Assembly: GCA_963716255.1 (NCBI GenBank)
Contig: OY970303.1
Location: 1,920,001 to 1,984,000 of the forward strand
DNA: 64,000 nucleotides
Source: an uncultured Gemmatimonadales bacterium
GTDB lineage: Bacteria > Gemmatimonadota > Gemmatimonadetes > Longimicrobiales > Longimicrobiaceae
Reading direction: 5' to 3'
Below are positions 16,971 to 26,163 of this stretch, piece after piece; position 1 is the first letter of the stretch, and each line of letters opens with the position of its first letter. The notes beneath the pieces were generated by a model that was not told the origin of the DNA, did not search any database, and saw only the letters and a list, made by a program, of their open reading frames with translations. The position numbers and the translations under genes were made by a program.

Positions 16971-17191
16971 GCGCCGAAACGCTCCCGCAGCCGGGTCCGA
17001 GCCTCCTCCCACGGGATCGCGGACGCGGGATCAGCCTGGTGCTCGGCCACGCGCCGCTCCATCTCCCGGAGCCGATCCTCGTCGAGAGGAAGCGCGTCCG
17101 ACCGGACGGGAATGCTGTCCCACAGGTCCTGCGCAAGCTGGATGCGCTCGGCTTCGCTCAGCTTCAGCAGCTCGGGAAGCGGCGTGCTCAT
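16967..17191 (-). CDS. Addiction-module antitoxin (TIGR02574-like)
   Basis: LKLSEAERIQLAQDLWDSI...EMERR...IPWEE. Confidence 0.88.
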   Translation of the reverse strand: MSTPLPELLKLSEAERIQLAQDLWDSIPVRSDALPLDEDRLREMERRVAEHQADPASAIPWEEARTRLRERFGA

Positions 17192-17280
17192 CATCGGATC
17201 CACATCTGGTTGTGCCTTTGTCTACGACGCGAGATGCCGGCCGCGAATCATACCGCAACCCGCCGGGGCGGTTCCGAACG

Positions 17281-17628
17281 CTACCGCTCCCCCTCGCCCC
17301 CCTCCCGGGCGCCGTCCAGGAATTCCTTGACACCCTGCTTTCCCTGCGCGGCGGCCTCCTGGCCCAGCTTCTCCATGTCCAGCTCGCGCACGCGCACCAT
17401 CCCGAGGGCACCCACCGTGACCACGTGCTCGCCCACCCGCCCCACGGACACGATCCCGTAGCCGCGGTACGCGAGGAGCGACGGCGCCACGCGGTCGGCC
17501 CCGAACAGGGTGAGCACCGGGTGGTCCGTCCGGAACGCTTCGGCGAAGCGCTCGCGGTGCCGCGCCTCGGAAGGGTTCAGCAGGGCGAGCAGCCCCAGCA
17601 CGGCGGCGAGTGCGAGCAGCTTCTTCAT
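17281..17628 (-). CDS. Membrane-anchored or secreted hypothetical protein (DUF4359-like)
   Basis: MKKLLALAAVLGLLALLNPS..H..YRGYGIVSVG..TVGALG. Confidence 0.7.
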   Translation of the reverse strand: MKKLLALAAVLGLLALLNPSEARHRERFAEAFRTDHPVLTLFGADRVAPSLLAYRGYGIVSVGRVGEHVVTVGALGMVRVRELDMEKLGQEAAAQGKQGVKEFLDGAREGGEGER

Positions 17629-17662
17629 GGGGGTGCCTTCCGGGAGGGGAGCGGCCCCGGCG

Positions 17663-18634
17663 TCAGTCGCGCGGGGCGGGGAGCGTCTGCAGCAGGGCGG
17701 AGATGCGCTCGTCGGCGGTCATCCCCTCCACCTCGGCCTCGGGGGTGAGCATGACGCGGTGGCGGAGCACGGGGAGCGCGAGCGTCTTGACGTCGTCCGG
17801 GGTGACGAAGTCGCGCCCGGAAAGCAGCGCCTCCGCGCGCGAGGCCAGGAAGAGCGCCACTCCGGCGCGGGGGCTGGCCCCCAGGGCGAAGCTGGGCTCC
17901 TCGCGCGTCGCCCGGACGATGCGGGTGACGTAGTCGCGCACCGCCGGCTCCACGTGCACGGCGGCCACGGTGCGGCGCAGCTCCAGCAGCTCCGCGGCGG
18001 TCATCACCGGCTCCACGCCGTAGCTCTCGGCCCGGTCGGCGCTGAAGCCGTCGGCGTAGCGGTCCAGGATGGCCCGCTCCGCCTCCTCGCCCGGGTAGCC
18101 GATGGAGATCTTGAGGAGAAAGCGGTCGAGCTGGGCCTCGGGGAGCGGGTAGGTGCCCTCGTACTCCACGGGGTTCTGCGAGGCGAAGACGGTGAACGCC
18201 GGAGGGAGCGGGCGCGTCACGCCGTCGGTGGTCACCTGCCGCTCGGCCATGGCTTCCAGCAGCGCCGCCTGTGTCTTCGCCGGCGCGCGGTTGATCTCGT
18301 CTGCCAGCAGCAGGTCGGTGAAAACGGGGCCGGGGTGGTACACGAACTCCCGGCGCGCCTCGTCGAGCATGTTCACCCCCACCAGGTCGGTGGGCATCAG
18401 GTCCGGGGTGAACTGCACCCGCCCGAAGCGCAGCTCCAGCGCCATGGCGAGCGAGCGGATCGCCAGCGTCTTGGCGGTGCCGGGGACGCCCTCCAGGAGC
18501 GCGTGGCCGCCGGCGAGGAGCGCCACCAGCATCTGCCGGAGCACGGCGTCCTGGCCCAGGACCACGCCGCGCAGGCGGTTCAGCACTTCCAGGGCGCGCC
18601 CGGAGGCCGCCGCGTCGACAGGGACGGTCGTCAC
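17663..18634 (-). CDS. moxR: MoxR family AAA+ ATPase
   Basis: GHALLEGVPGTAKT, RVQFTPDLMPTD, LLADEINRAPAKTQAALLEAM, QNPVEYEGTYPLPEAQLDRF. Confidence 0.96.
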   Translation of the reverse strand: MTTVPVDAAASGRALEVLNRLRGVVLGQDAVLRQMLVALLAGGHALLEGVPGTAKTLAIRSLAMALELRFGRVQFTPDLMPTDLVGVNMLDEARREFVYHPGPVFTDLLLADEINRAPAKTQAALLEAMAERQVTTDGVTRPLPPAFTVFASQNPVEYEGTYPLPEAQLDRFLLKISIGYPGEEAERAILDRYADGFSADRAESYGVEPVMTAAELLELRRTVAAVHVEPAVRDYVTRIVRATREEPSFALGASPRAGVALFLASRAEALLSGRDFVTPDDVKTLALPVLRHRVMLTPEAEVEGMTADERISALLQTLPAPRD

Positions 18635-19839
18635 GTTCTCTTCACCTCGGTCAGGAGTCGGTCCACGTCGCGCGAGAGCGCCACGAGGTCGGCGCGGTCG
18701 CCCTTCGCCCACTCGCCGCGGACGGTGCGGGCGGCCTCGCGGCCCACGGGAAGGCGGGTGCCCAGGCGCTCCAGCAGCTCGCCCTCGCCGCCGGGGTCGC
18801 GCGGCCCGGCGCGCCCCAGGCGGCGCGCCAGCCCGGCGAGGAGGAGCCGCCGCGCGGTGGCGCGGGCGCCGGCCTGCCGGTACGCGCCCGCCAGCGCCTC
18901 CACGTGCTCCAGCGGCGAGCGGCGGCGCACGGGGGGCGGGGGGAGGGGAGCACCGAAGCGCCACCCCGCGGCCAGCAGGAGGAGCAGGCCGGCGAGGCCC
19001 AGCTGGAGCGCCATGTGCCCGGCGGGCTGCTCGCGCAGGAAGCGCAGCGTGGCGGACACGGCGCTGCCGCCGCCGTGGTAGCCCTGGTGGTACTCGTCGA
19101 AGCGCAGGGTGTCGCCCGGCGCGGCCCGGAGGGTGTCGCCCCCGGACGCGGAGATCGCGGCCATGCGGGCGAAGGCGTGCGCGGCGCCGCTCTCGCGGAG
19201 CGAGCGGTTGCGCAGCGGCTCCGCGTCGCTCCAGGCGATCACGCGGCCCCTTCCCATCCCGAACGCCAGCACCGTGGCGTCGCCACCGGAGGTGGTGAAC
19301 AGCGGGTCCGCGCCGTGCCGCTCGAACGCGGCGGAGCTGTCCGCGAAGGCCCGGCGGAAGCCGCGGACGGGCCCGGTCCCCAGCGTCGCGGGGTGCATCG
19401 CGGGAGTGGCTGTCCTCCCCTCCCAGGCCGCGCGCGCCACCGCGCCGAGCGAGTCCGGCACCAGGGAGGCGAGGGCCAGGCCCAGCTCCCCCAGGGTGGG
19501 GTCGCCGGGGCGGGCGACGTAGAGGAGCGTTCCGCCGTCCTCCACCCACGCCCGCAGCGCCTTCAGCTCCGCGGGGGTGGGCGGCTGCGCCGGGGCGATG
19601 AGCACCAGCGGACCGCGCAGCGGGCCGGCGTCCACGTACGCGGCCATGCGGCGGTCCACGCGCATGCCCAGGCGCTCCAGCGTCAGGTACAGCGCCCGCG
19701 CGCCGGACTCGCCGTCGTGGAAGGTGGAGGGGCGCGGGTCCGCGCTGCCGCCATCCTGCGCGGGCGCCGCGAGGATCGCCAGCACGCCCACGATGACGAT
19801 CAGCGCCGCCATCAGCAGCCGGTCGCGCCCGCTAGCCAA
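18631..19839 (-). CDS. DUF4350 domain protein
   Basis: N-terminal TM, GARALYLTLERLG, WVEDGGTL, FDEYHQG, RFG; operon position; start TTG 19839 or ATG 19812. Confidence 0.85.
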   Translation of the reverse strand: MASGRDRLLMAALIVIVGVLAILAAPAQDGGSADPRPSTFHDGESGARALYLTLERLGMRVDRRMAAYVDAGPLRGPLVLIAPAQPPTPAELKALRAWVEDGGTLLYVARPGDPTLGELGLALASLVPDSLGAVARAAWEGRTATPAMHPATLGTGPVRGFRRAFADSSAAFERHGADPLFTTSGGDATVLAFGMGRGRVIAWSDAEPLRNRSLRESGAAHAFARMAAISASGGDTLRAAPGDTLRFDEYHQGYHGGGSAVSATLRFLREQPAGHMALQLGLAGLLLLLAAGWRFGAPLPPPPVRRRSPLEHVEALAGAYRQAGARATARRLLLAGLARRLGRAGPRDPGGEGELLERLGTRLPVGREAARTVRGEWAKGDRADLVALSRDVDRLLTEVKRT

Positions 19840-20470
19840 GGGTGCCCCCCTGCCCCGCCGCGCGGCGCAGCCTCTCGTACCCGGGGGCGTCCAGCGGCCG
19901 GCCGCCGAAGGCCACCGGCTCGAAGCCGCGCAGGAAGTCGTCGAGCGCGCGCGCGGCGTCCGGCCTCGCCGCCGCCTCGCTGCGGTAGTCGCCCGGCGTC
20001 TTGGCGGTGTCGTAGCGCACCGCGCCGCGGGCGTCCAGCCGCAGGAGGAGCGCCTGGTAGAGCGCCAGCGCGGCGTCGCGCAGGCGCCCCTCGGCGGCGG
20101 CGCGGCGCGCCGCCGCCTCCCACTCCGCCGCCCCCCGCGGCCCCGCCCCCACGCCGGTCGGCGCGCCCGCGCGGGCGCGCCGACCGCGGCCGCGCCACGC
20201 CCCACGCGCCGCCAGGCCGAAGTGGCCGATGATGAGCAGGGCGCTCAGCGACAGGACGGCGACCATCCCCCAGAAGAGCACGGGGGCGGTGGTCTCCAGG
20301 ACCTCGAAGCGCGAGAACAGCCCGGCGATGGACGCCTGGAGCGCCTCCCAGCGGTCGGCAAGCCACCGGAGGGGGCCGGGGAGCGCGCGCGGCGCGAACT
20401 CGGGGAGGGCGTACACCTCGTCCAGCGCGCGCCGCACCTGGGGCGCGGTGGGGAGCGGGCGCCGCATCAC
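19832..20470 (-). CDS. DUF4129 domain membrane protein
   Basis: AAAEGRLRDA..LYQALL..L..RG..KTPGDY..FEPVAFGG. Confidence 0.85.
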   Translation of the reverse strand: MMRRPLPTAPQVRRALDEVYALPEFAPRALPGPLRWLADRWEALQASIAGLFSRFEVLETTAPVLFWGMVAVLSLSALLIIGHFGLAARGAWRGRGRRARAGAPTGVGAGPRGAAEWEAAARRAAAEGRLRDAALALYQALLLRLDARGAVRYDTAKTPGDYRSEAAARPDAARALDDFLRGFEPVAFGGRPLDAPGYERLRRAAGQGGTLG

Positions 20471-20501
20471 GCGGGCATGGGGTGGATGGAGCGCCGCCGG
20501 C

Positions 20502-21311
20502 TCAGGCGGGGACGCCCAGCCGCTCCGTCGCGACCTCCAGGTCCAGCGCCTCGGTGCGCACCCGCCGGTCGTAGTACAGCACGGTGAGCGCGGCGGTCAG
20601 GAAGGGGGTGGTCAGCGCGCTGAGGAGGATGCTCAGCACGTTGTTCACGGCGCTGAACCACCCCATCGCGCCCGCCAGGGCGTCCGGGTCGCCGGAGCTC
20701 AGCATCGCGCCCGCGAGCGCGGCGCCGGTCGTGGCCCCCACCAGCATGCTGGGGATCATGATGATGATGGTGGAAACCAGCATGACGCCCAGGATGCGGA
20801 GCCACGCGCCGCTCGCCAGCTCGCGCGAGCGCGACATCGCTTCCACGGGCCCCCTGCCCTCGATGACCACCACGTGCCAGGTGGCGAAGAGCGCGATGCA
20901 CACCAGGATCCCCGGGACGACGAGCAGGACGAAGCCCAGCGCGCACAGGATCAGGAAGAGGAAGCCGGCCGCCACCCCCGGGAGCATGCGCCGCAGGCTG
21001 ACGCGGTACGCCTCGCCGCGATCGACGATGCCTCCTTCCACCGCCCGCGATGTCTCGTGGATCAGAGCGCCCCACACCAGCATCGTCCCCACGATCATCA
21101 CCGGGTACACCGCGAGGAACAGCAGGCCGAAGGACGCGGTGAACTCGGTGGTCCCTCCGGTCAGGTACCCGAACACGCCCCACAGCAGCGCCACCGGGAG
21201 GAGCGGGATGATCGCGGTGGTGAAGAAGGTGCTGAAGTGGCGGCGGTACAGCACGAAGGCGCCGTCCAGGATCTCGCCGAAGGCGAGCGGACGCAGGTGG
21301 CTCAGGGACAT
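20502..21311 (-). CDS. Integral membrane protein leading the MoxR operon
   Basis: LRPLAFGEILDGAFVLYRRHF, VIEGRG..AMSRS..L, LYYDRRVRTEALDL. Confidence 0.85.
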   Translation of the reverse strand: MSLSHLRPLAFGEILDGAFVLYRRHFSTFFTTAIIPLLPVALLWGVFGYLTGGTTEFTASFGLLFLAVYPVMIVGTMLVWGALIHETSRAVEGGIVDRGEAYRVSLRRMLPGVAAGFLFLILCALGFVLLVVPGILVCIALFATWHVVVIEGRGPVEAMSRSRELASGAWLRILGVMLVSTIIIMIPSMLVGATTGAALAGAMLSSGDPDALAGAMGWFSAVNNVLSILLSALTTPFLTAALTVLYYDRRVRTEALDLEVATERLGVPA

Positions 21312-21456
21312 GGGTGGCTCCGGGGTGGATGGAGGGGCAAGGACTGCAATGACGGGAACGGACGCGGACGGCAGGAAGGGAAAGAGTACCGTTCGCGGGA
21401 GGGCGTGTCAAACCGTTTACGTCCCCGGGGGAGCGCCGCGGCGCTTCGGCGCGCCC

Positions 21457-21942
21457 TCAGCGCACCAGCAGGACGAAGGGCGCGGAGCCCCCCTCGCGCA
21501 GCGTGCGGTGGTCCGGGCCCGACCACTGGAGGCGGATGCGGTGCTCGCCGGGCGGGAGGCCGGGGATGAGCCAGCGGAAGCGCCGCCCGCCCAGCGACCG
21601 GACGTCCGCGGCGCCGGCCATGAGCTCCGCCCCGCCCACGGTGGCGTGCAGGTGGTAGCGTCCCTCCGCCACCCACCCGGTGGAGTCGCGCGCCATGCGG
21701 GCCGGCGTCTCGAAGACGATGGCGAAGGGGCCGGACACCGCCGTGCCGCTCGCCGGCTCCACCACGGTGATGCGGGGCGGCGGGGGGGCCGAGCCGTCGT
21801 CGGTCTCTCCCGCGACGAAGAACACGAGGGCGAGGACGAGGGCGAGGACCGCGACGGCGCCGAAGACCCGGTCGCTGTTCGGCGGGGGGGGCGGCGCGAA
21901 CGGGGCCGCGGCGTCCGCGGCGGGTGGATCTCGATCCGGCAT
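21457..21942 (-). CDS. Membrane-anchored Ig-like hypothetical protein
   Basis: TM helix, then ITVVEP, YHLHATV, LPPGEHRIRL..DH. Confidence 0.7.
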   Translation of the reverse strand: MPDRDPPAADAAAPFAPPPPPNSDRVFGAVAVLALVLALVFFVAGETDDGSAPPPPRITVVEPASGTAVSGPFAIVFETPARMARDSTGWVAEGRYHLHATVGGAELMAGAADVRSLGGRRFRWLIPGLPPGEHRIRLQWSGPDHRTLREGGSAPFVLLVR

Positions 21943-22096
21943 CCTGGTCGGCGGCGGCGGGTGCGGGCCGCGCACCCGCGGCGGCCCCGGGCAAAGATAA
22001 GGGGCGCGCCCGGCCGCGCGCGAATCTTGCCCCGCTCCGCGCGGCGCGGCACCCGCGAGGTCCCGCCGCCGCCCACCGCCCCGGACCCACGCCCTC

Positions 22097-24175
22097 ATGC
22101 CCGTACGCCTCCGCCCGGCCGTCCTCGCCGCCCTGTTCCTGGCCCCGGCGCTCGCCGCCGCGCAGACGCCCGCGCCCGACACCCTGCCCGCCGTGCGGCT
22201 GGACACGCTGGCCGTGCGCGTCCTGCGCACGCCGCTGCCGCTGCTGCGGGCCCCGTACGCCGTGTCCGTGGCGGCGGGGAACGAGCTCCACCGCGCCCGG
22301 CCGGGGCTGGCGCTGGACGAGGCGCTGGGCGGGATCCCGGGAGTGCAGGTGAGCAACCGCTTCAACTACGCGGTGGGGGAGCGCATCTCGGTGCGCGGCT
22401 TCGGGGCGCGGGCGCAGTTCGGGGTGCGCGGGGTGCGCGTGCTGGTGGACGGGATCCCCGCCACCCTCCCGGACGGGCAGACCACGCTGAACCACGTGGA
22501 CCCCGGCGCGCTGGGGCGGGTGGAGGTGGTGCGCGGTCCCGCGTCGGCGCTGTACGGCAACGCCGCGGGCGGGGTGGTGCAGCTGACCACCGCGCCGCCG
22601 CCGCCGGGGCCGCTGGGTGCGGAGGGCCGGGTGACCGCCGGTGGCGACGGGCTGCTGCGGGCGCAGGGGGCGGTGGGCGGCACACGGGACGGGTGGACGT
22701 ACCGCGCCGGCGGCACGCGGCTGAGCTACGGGGGATACCGCGAGCACAGCCGCGCCGACAACACCCTGCTGCACGCGCAGGTGGGGCGCCGCGGCGCGCG
22801 CGGCGAGCTGCGCCTGGCGCTCGCCGCGGTGCGCTACGACGCGCTCAACCCCGGCTCCCTTTCCGACTCGCTGCTGCGCCTGGACCGGACGCGGGCCTTC
22901 GCGCGCAACCGGGTGCAGCGCACCGGCGAGGCGGGGCGGCAGGGGCAGGCGGGGCTCTCCTGGAGGGGCGAGACGGGGGCGGGGACGCTGGAGCTGTCCG
23001 CCCACGCCGTGGCGCGGGAGATCGACAACCCCATCCCCGCCACGGTGATCGACCTGGCGCGCCGGGGCGGCGGGGTGCGTGCCGCCTGGTCCGCCGCGCG
23101 GCCGCTGGGCGCCGGGGCGCTGCGCTGGACCGCGGGCGCGGAGGCGGAGGCGCAGCGCGACCACCGGAAGAACTTCGCCAACCTGGAGGGCGAGCGGGGC
23201 GCGCTGGAGCTGGACCAGCGCGAACGGGTGACGGGGACGGCGGCCTTCGCGCAGGTGGCGGTGCCGCTCCTGGCGCGGCTGGACGCGCTGGGGGCGCTGC
23301 GCTACGACCGCTTCCGCTTCGCGGTGGACGACCGCCTCCCCGCGACCGCGGCGAACCCCGACGACTCGGGCTCGCGGACGATGGACGCGTGGAGCCCCAC
23401 GCTGGGGGTGACGCTCGCCGCGTCGGACGCCGTTTCGCTGTACGCCAACGCCGCCACGGCCTTCGAGACGCCCACCACCACCGAGCTGGCGAACCGCCCC
23501 GGCCGCGCGGGCGGCTTCAACCCGGAACTGCGCCCGCAGCGCACCGCCTCGTACGAGGCGGGCGCCAAGGGGAGGCTGGGCGCGCGGGGCGCCTGGGAGC
23601 TGGCCGCCTACACCGCCGCCGTGCGCGACGCGCTGGTCCCCTTCGAGGTGGAGGGCGCGCCCGGGCGGCAGTTCTTCCGCAACGCGGGCTCCGCGCGCCA
23701 CCGCGGCGTGGAACTGGGCGCGTCGCTCGCGCCGGGGGCCGGGGTGACCGCGCGCCTGGCGTACGCCTTCACCGACGCGCGCTTCCGCGACTACGTGGCG
23801 GCCGGCGACACCCTGGACGGCAACCGCGTCCCCGGCGTGGCGCCGCACTCGCTGGACGCGCGGCTGGGGTGGGAGGGCGCGGCCGGCGCCTTCGCGGACG
23901 CCGAGGTGCGCCACGCTTCCGCCATCCCGGTGGACGACGCCAACCGCTTCCGCTCGCCCGCGTACACGGTGGCCGACCTGCGCGCGGGGTGGCAGGACGC
24001 GCGCCTGGGCCGCCTCCGCGCGACGCCGTTCCTGGGCGTCACCAACCTGTTCGGCGCCGAGTACAACACTTCGGTGGTGGTGAACGCCTTCGGGCGGCGC
24101 TTCTTCGAGCCGGGACCCGGGCGGACGCTGTACGCGGGGATGAGTGTGGGGATGGGGGGTTGGAAGCCGCGGTAG
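22097..24175 (+). CDS. TonB-dependent receptor (YncD-like)
   Basis: Signal peptide, ISVRGFGAR..GVRGVRVLVDGIP, VEVVRGPASALYGNAAGGV, FETPT..EL. Confidence 0.93.
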   Translation: MPVRLRPAVLAALFLAPALAAAQTPAPDTLPAVRLDTLAVRVLRTPLPLLRAPYAVSVAAGNELHRARPGLALDEALGGIPGVQVSNRFNYAVGERISVRGFGARAQFGVRGVRVLVDGIPATLPDGQTTLNHVDPGALGRVEVVRGPASALYGNAAGGVVQLTTAPPPPGPLGAEGRVTAGGDGLLRAQGAVGGTRDGWTYRAGGTRLSYGGYREHSRADNTLLHAQVGRRGARGELRLALAAVRYDALNPGSLSDSLLRLDRTRAFARNRVQRTGEAGRQGQAGLSWRGETGAGTLELSAHAVAREIDNPIPATVIDLARRGGGVRAAWSAARPLGAGALRWTAGAEAEAQRDHRKNFANLEGERGALELDQRERVTGTAAFAQVAVPLLARLDALGALRYDRFRFAVDDRLPATAANPDDSGSRTMDAWSPTLGVTLAASDAVSLYANAATAFETPTTTELANRPGRAGGFNPELRPQRTASYEAGAKGRLGARGAWELAAYTAAVRDALVPFEVEGAPGRQFFRNAGSARHRGVELGASLAPGAGVTARLAYAFTDARFRDYVAAGDTLDGNRVPGVAPHSLDARLGWEGAAGAFADAEVRHASAIPVDDANRFRSPAYTVADLRAGWQDARLGRLRATPFLGVTNLFGAEYNTSVVVNAFGRRFFEPGPGRTLYAGMSVGMGGWKPR

Positions 24176-24207
24176 GGTCCGGACGATCTCATTGACTCAC
24201 GTAGTTA

Positions 24208-25198
24208 ACGCGATGTGCAGGTTTCGGTGAGAAGAGGTCCATGGCAGGGAACCGGCAGGACCAAGTGGTTGCGACGCCGCTTGATCCCTGTGCAGGAGCA
24301 CCACCATGGACCTCGAGACCTTCCTCACCGCCGTGTACTGCCTGACAGACGACTTCCTCGCGGGGCAGAAGCTACGCCAGCGGGGACCCCAGCCAACGCT
24401 CTGCGACAGCGAGGTGCTGACCATGGAGATCGCGGGCGAGTTCCTGGGGATCGACACCGATACAGGGCTCTTCCGCTACTTCCGCCGGCACCACGCGGTG
24501 CTGTTTCCGAAGCTGCAAACCGTGCACCGCACCACCTTCACTCGCCAGGCGGCGAACCTCTGGGCCGTCAAGCGGGCCCTCTGGCAGCACCTTCTCGGCG
24601 TGGTGGAGCACGCCCCCTGGCTGGTGGTGCTGGACAGCTTGCCAGTGCCGGTCTGCCGCTTCGCCCGAGCGACCTTCTGCCAGCGCTTGCGGGACATCTC
24701 GGCTTACGGGCACGATCCCGTGGCCCGGCAGACTTTCTTCGGACTGCGCGCACACCTCAGGATCAGTTGGCCAGGCATCATCAGCGCGTTCGACCTGGCA
24801 CCTGCCAACGTCGCTGATTCGGTGATGGCACCCGAGATCCTGGACCGTGTCCAAGGGTGGGCACTTGGAGACCGGGCCTACTGGAGCCCACCTCTGCGCG
24901 AGGATCTCGCCGCGCGGGCCCTGCGGTTACTGGCGCCCTTCCGAAGCAAGAAGCACGAGAGGGAGCCCTGGCCGTTCTGGTTGTTGATCAAGCGGCGCCG
25001 AATCGAGACTGTCATCGCTCAGCTCGTCGAGCGCTTCCACCTGGCACGCGTCTGGGCACGAGACGGCTGGCATCTGTGCTCACGCATGCTCCGCAAGATC
25101 CTCAGCCACACCGTTGCTGTCCTGCTCTGCCAGTGTGCTGGATTAGCGCCTCTGCGCTTCGATGCGCTGCTCGATTCCTGAAAACCTGCACATCGCGT
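24208..25198 (+). mobile_element. IS982-family insertion sequence (991 bp)
   Basis: 17-bp perfect IR ACGCGATGTGCAGGTTT; 6-bp target duplication TAGTTA (24202-24207 and 25199-25204); lower GC. Confidence 0.92.
24306..25181 (+). CDS. IS982 family DDE transposase
   Basis: DSEVLT, LDSLPVPVC, FFGLRAH, GDRAY, RRRIET. Confidence 0.92.
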   Translation: MDLETFLTAVYCLTDDFLAGQKLRQRGPQPTLCDSEVLTMEIAGEFLGIDTDTGLFRYFRRHHAVLFPKLQTVHRTTFTRQAANLWAVKRALWQHLLGVVEHAPWLVVLDSLPVPVCRFARATFCQRLRDISAYGHDPVARQTFFGLRAHLRISWPGIISAFDLAPANVADSVMAPEILDRVQGWALGDRAYWSPPLREDLAARALRLLAPFRSKKHEREPWPFWLLIKRRRIETVIAQLVERFHLARVWARDGWHLCSRMLRKILSHTVAVLLCQCAGLAPLRFDALLDS

Positions 25199-25273
25199 TA
25201 GTTAGAGCCATATTATCGGGGAAGGCTCGTGATCCGCCGTCTGCGTCCGCCGCCCCTCACGCCCGGAGGAAGC

Positions 25274-25780
25274 ATGTCCATCCCCAGGAGGCTCGCCTGC
25301 GCGCTCGCCGCCACCGCCCTGGTCTCGGCCGCCGCCTGCGATCGCTCGCCGACGTCGGCGAGCGGGGTCGGTCCCGCCGACGCTCCGTCGCTCGCCACCA
25401 ACATCTCGGTGGTCTGCGGTCTCCAGTCGGTTCCCACCGGGTACGTGATCCTCTACTACACGAGCAGCTTCGGCTGCCCCTACTACTCCGCCACGAACGC
25501 CAAGGTGATCGGCCTTCCCGGCTCGCCGGAGACGGCGTGCAGCAACTCGTCGGTCCCCTCGGGCCGGGTCATCACCAGCTACGGCCAGAACCCGAGCTGC
25601 CTCTACTACTCCGCGCTCTCGTTCAACACCTTCACAATCAAGATCCCGGGCAGCCTGGAAACGGTCTGCTACGACTCGCCCGTCCCGTCCGGCTACAGTG
25701 TCGTCTCCTACGGCAGCAGCCCGAGCTGTCTCCACTACTCCTCGGGAACGAACAACACCAAGACGATCCGGCGGATCTGA
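25274..25780 (+). CDS. Lipoprotein with three Cys-containing repeats
   Basis: GGAGGA RBS; lipobox AAAC; three units of C-x4-VPxG..C-x2-YS. Confidence 0.8.
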   Translation: MSIPRRLACALAATALVSAAACDRSPTSASGVGPADAPSLATNISVVCGLQSVPTGYVILYYTSSFGCPYYSATNAKVIGLPGSPETACSNSSVPSGRVITSYGQNPSCLYYSALSFNTFTIKIPGSLETVCYDSPVPSGYSVVSYGSSPSCLHYSSGTNNTKTIRRI

Positions 25781-25860
25781 CCTTGCGACTTTGACGACGG
25801 GTCCAGGGGTGGGGTGGGGGGATGCGAGCCGCGGCAGGGGTGGAGCGCGCCCCGGAGGGC

Positions 25861-25911
25861 CCCCACCCGGCGGCCTGAGAGCCGCCACCCTCCCCCAATT
25901 CTGGGGGAGGG
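25861..25911. repeat. Repeat family C palindrome
   Basis: CCCCACCCGG..GCCACCCTCCCCCAATTCTGGGGGAGGG, nearly identical to 39874-39920. Confidence 0.75.
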
Positions 25912-25974
25912 CTTGTTGTCGGGGCCGGGGTGGGCGCGAGGCCCGATGGGCGGTGCGTCGTGCGGTTAGCCGTT

Positions 25975-26131
25975 CCGCAGTACCCCTCAAATCTTCTGCG
26001 GAGGGAGACTCACGCAGGCTGTATCGCGTGAGGCTCCCGAAGCCGGAGCGGAGACCCGGGGGAAGTTTCCCGGGGCTCCGCGACCCGCGCAGGAGACGGA
26101 CGGCTGTATCGTCCGGCTCCGGAGCGGCCCC
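25975..26131 (+). repeat. Repeat family B, copy 1 (three tandem GAGAC/GGCTC hairpins)
   Basis: CCGCAGTACCCC lead-in, then three GAGAC-stem-GNNGTWT-stem-GGCTC units. Confidence 0.85.
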
Positions 26132-26163
26132 ACACGCAGAAACCCGTTCAGATCACCAGATCC

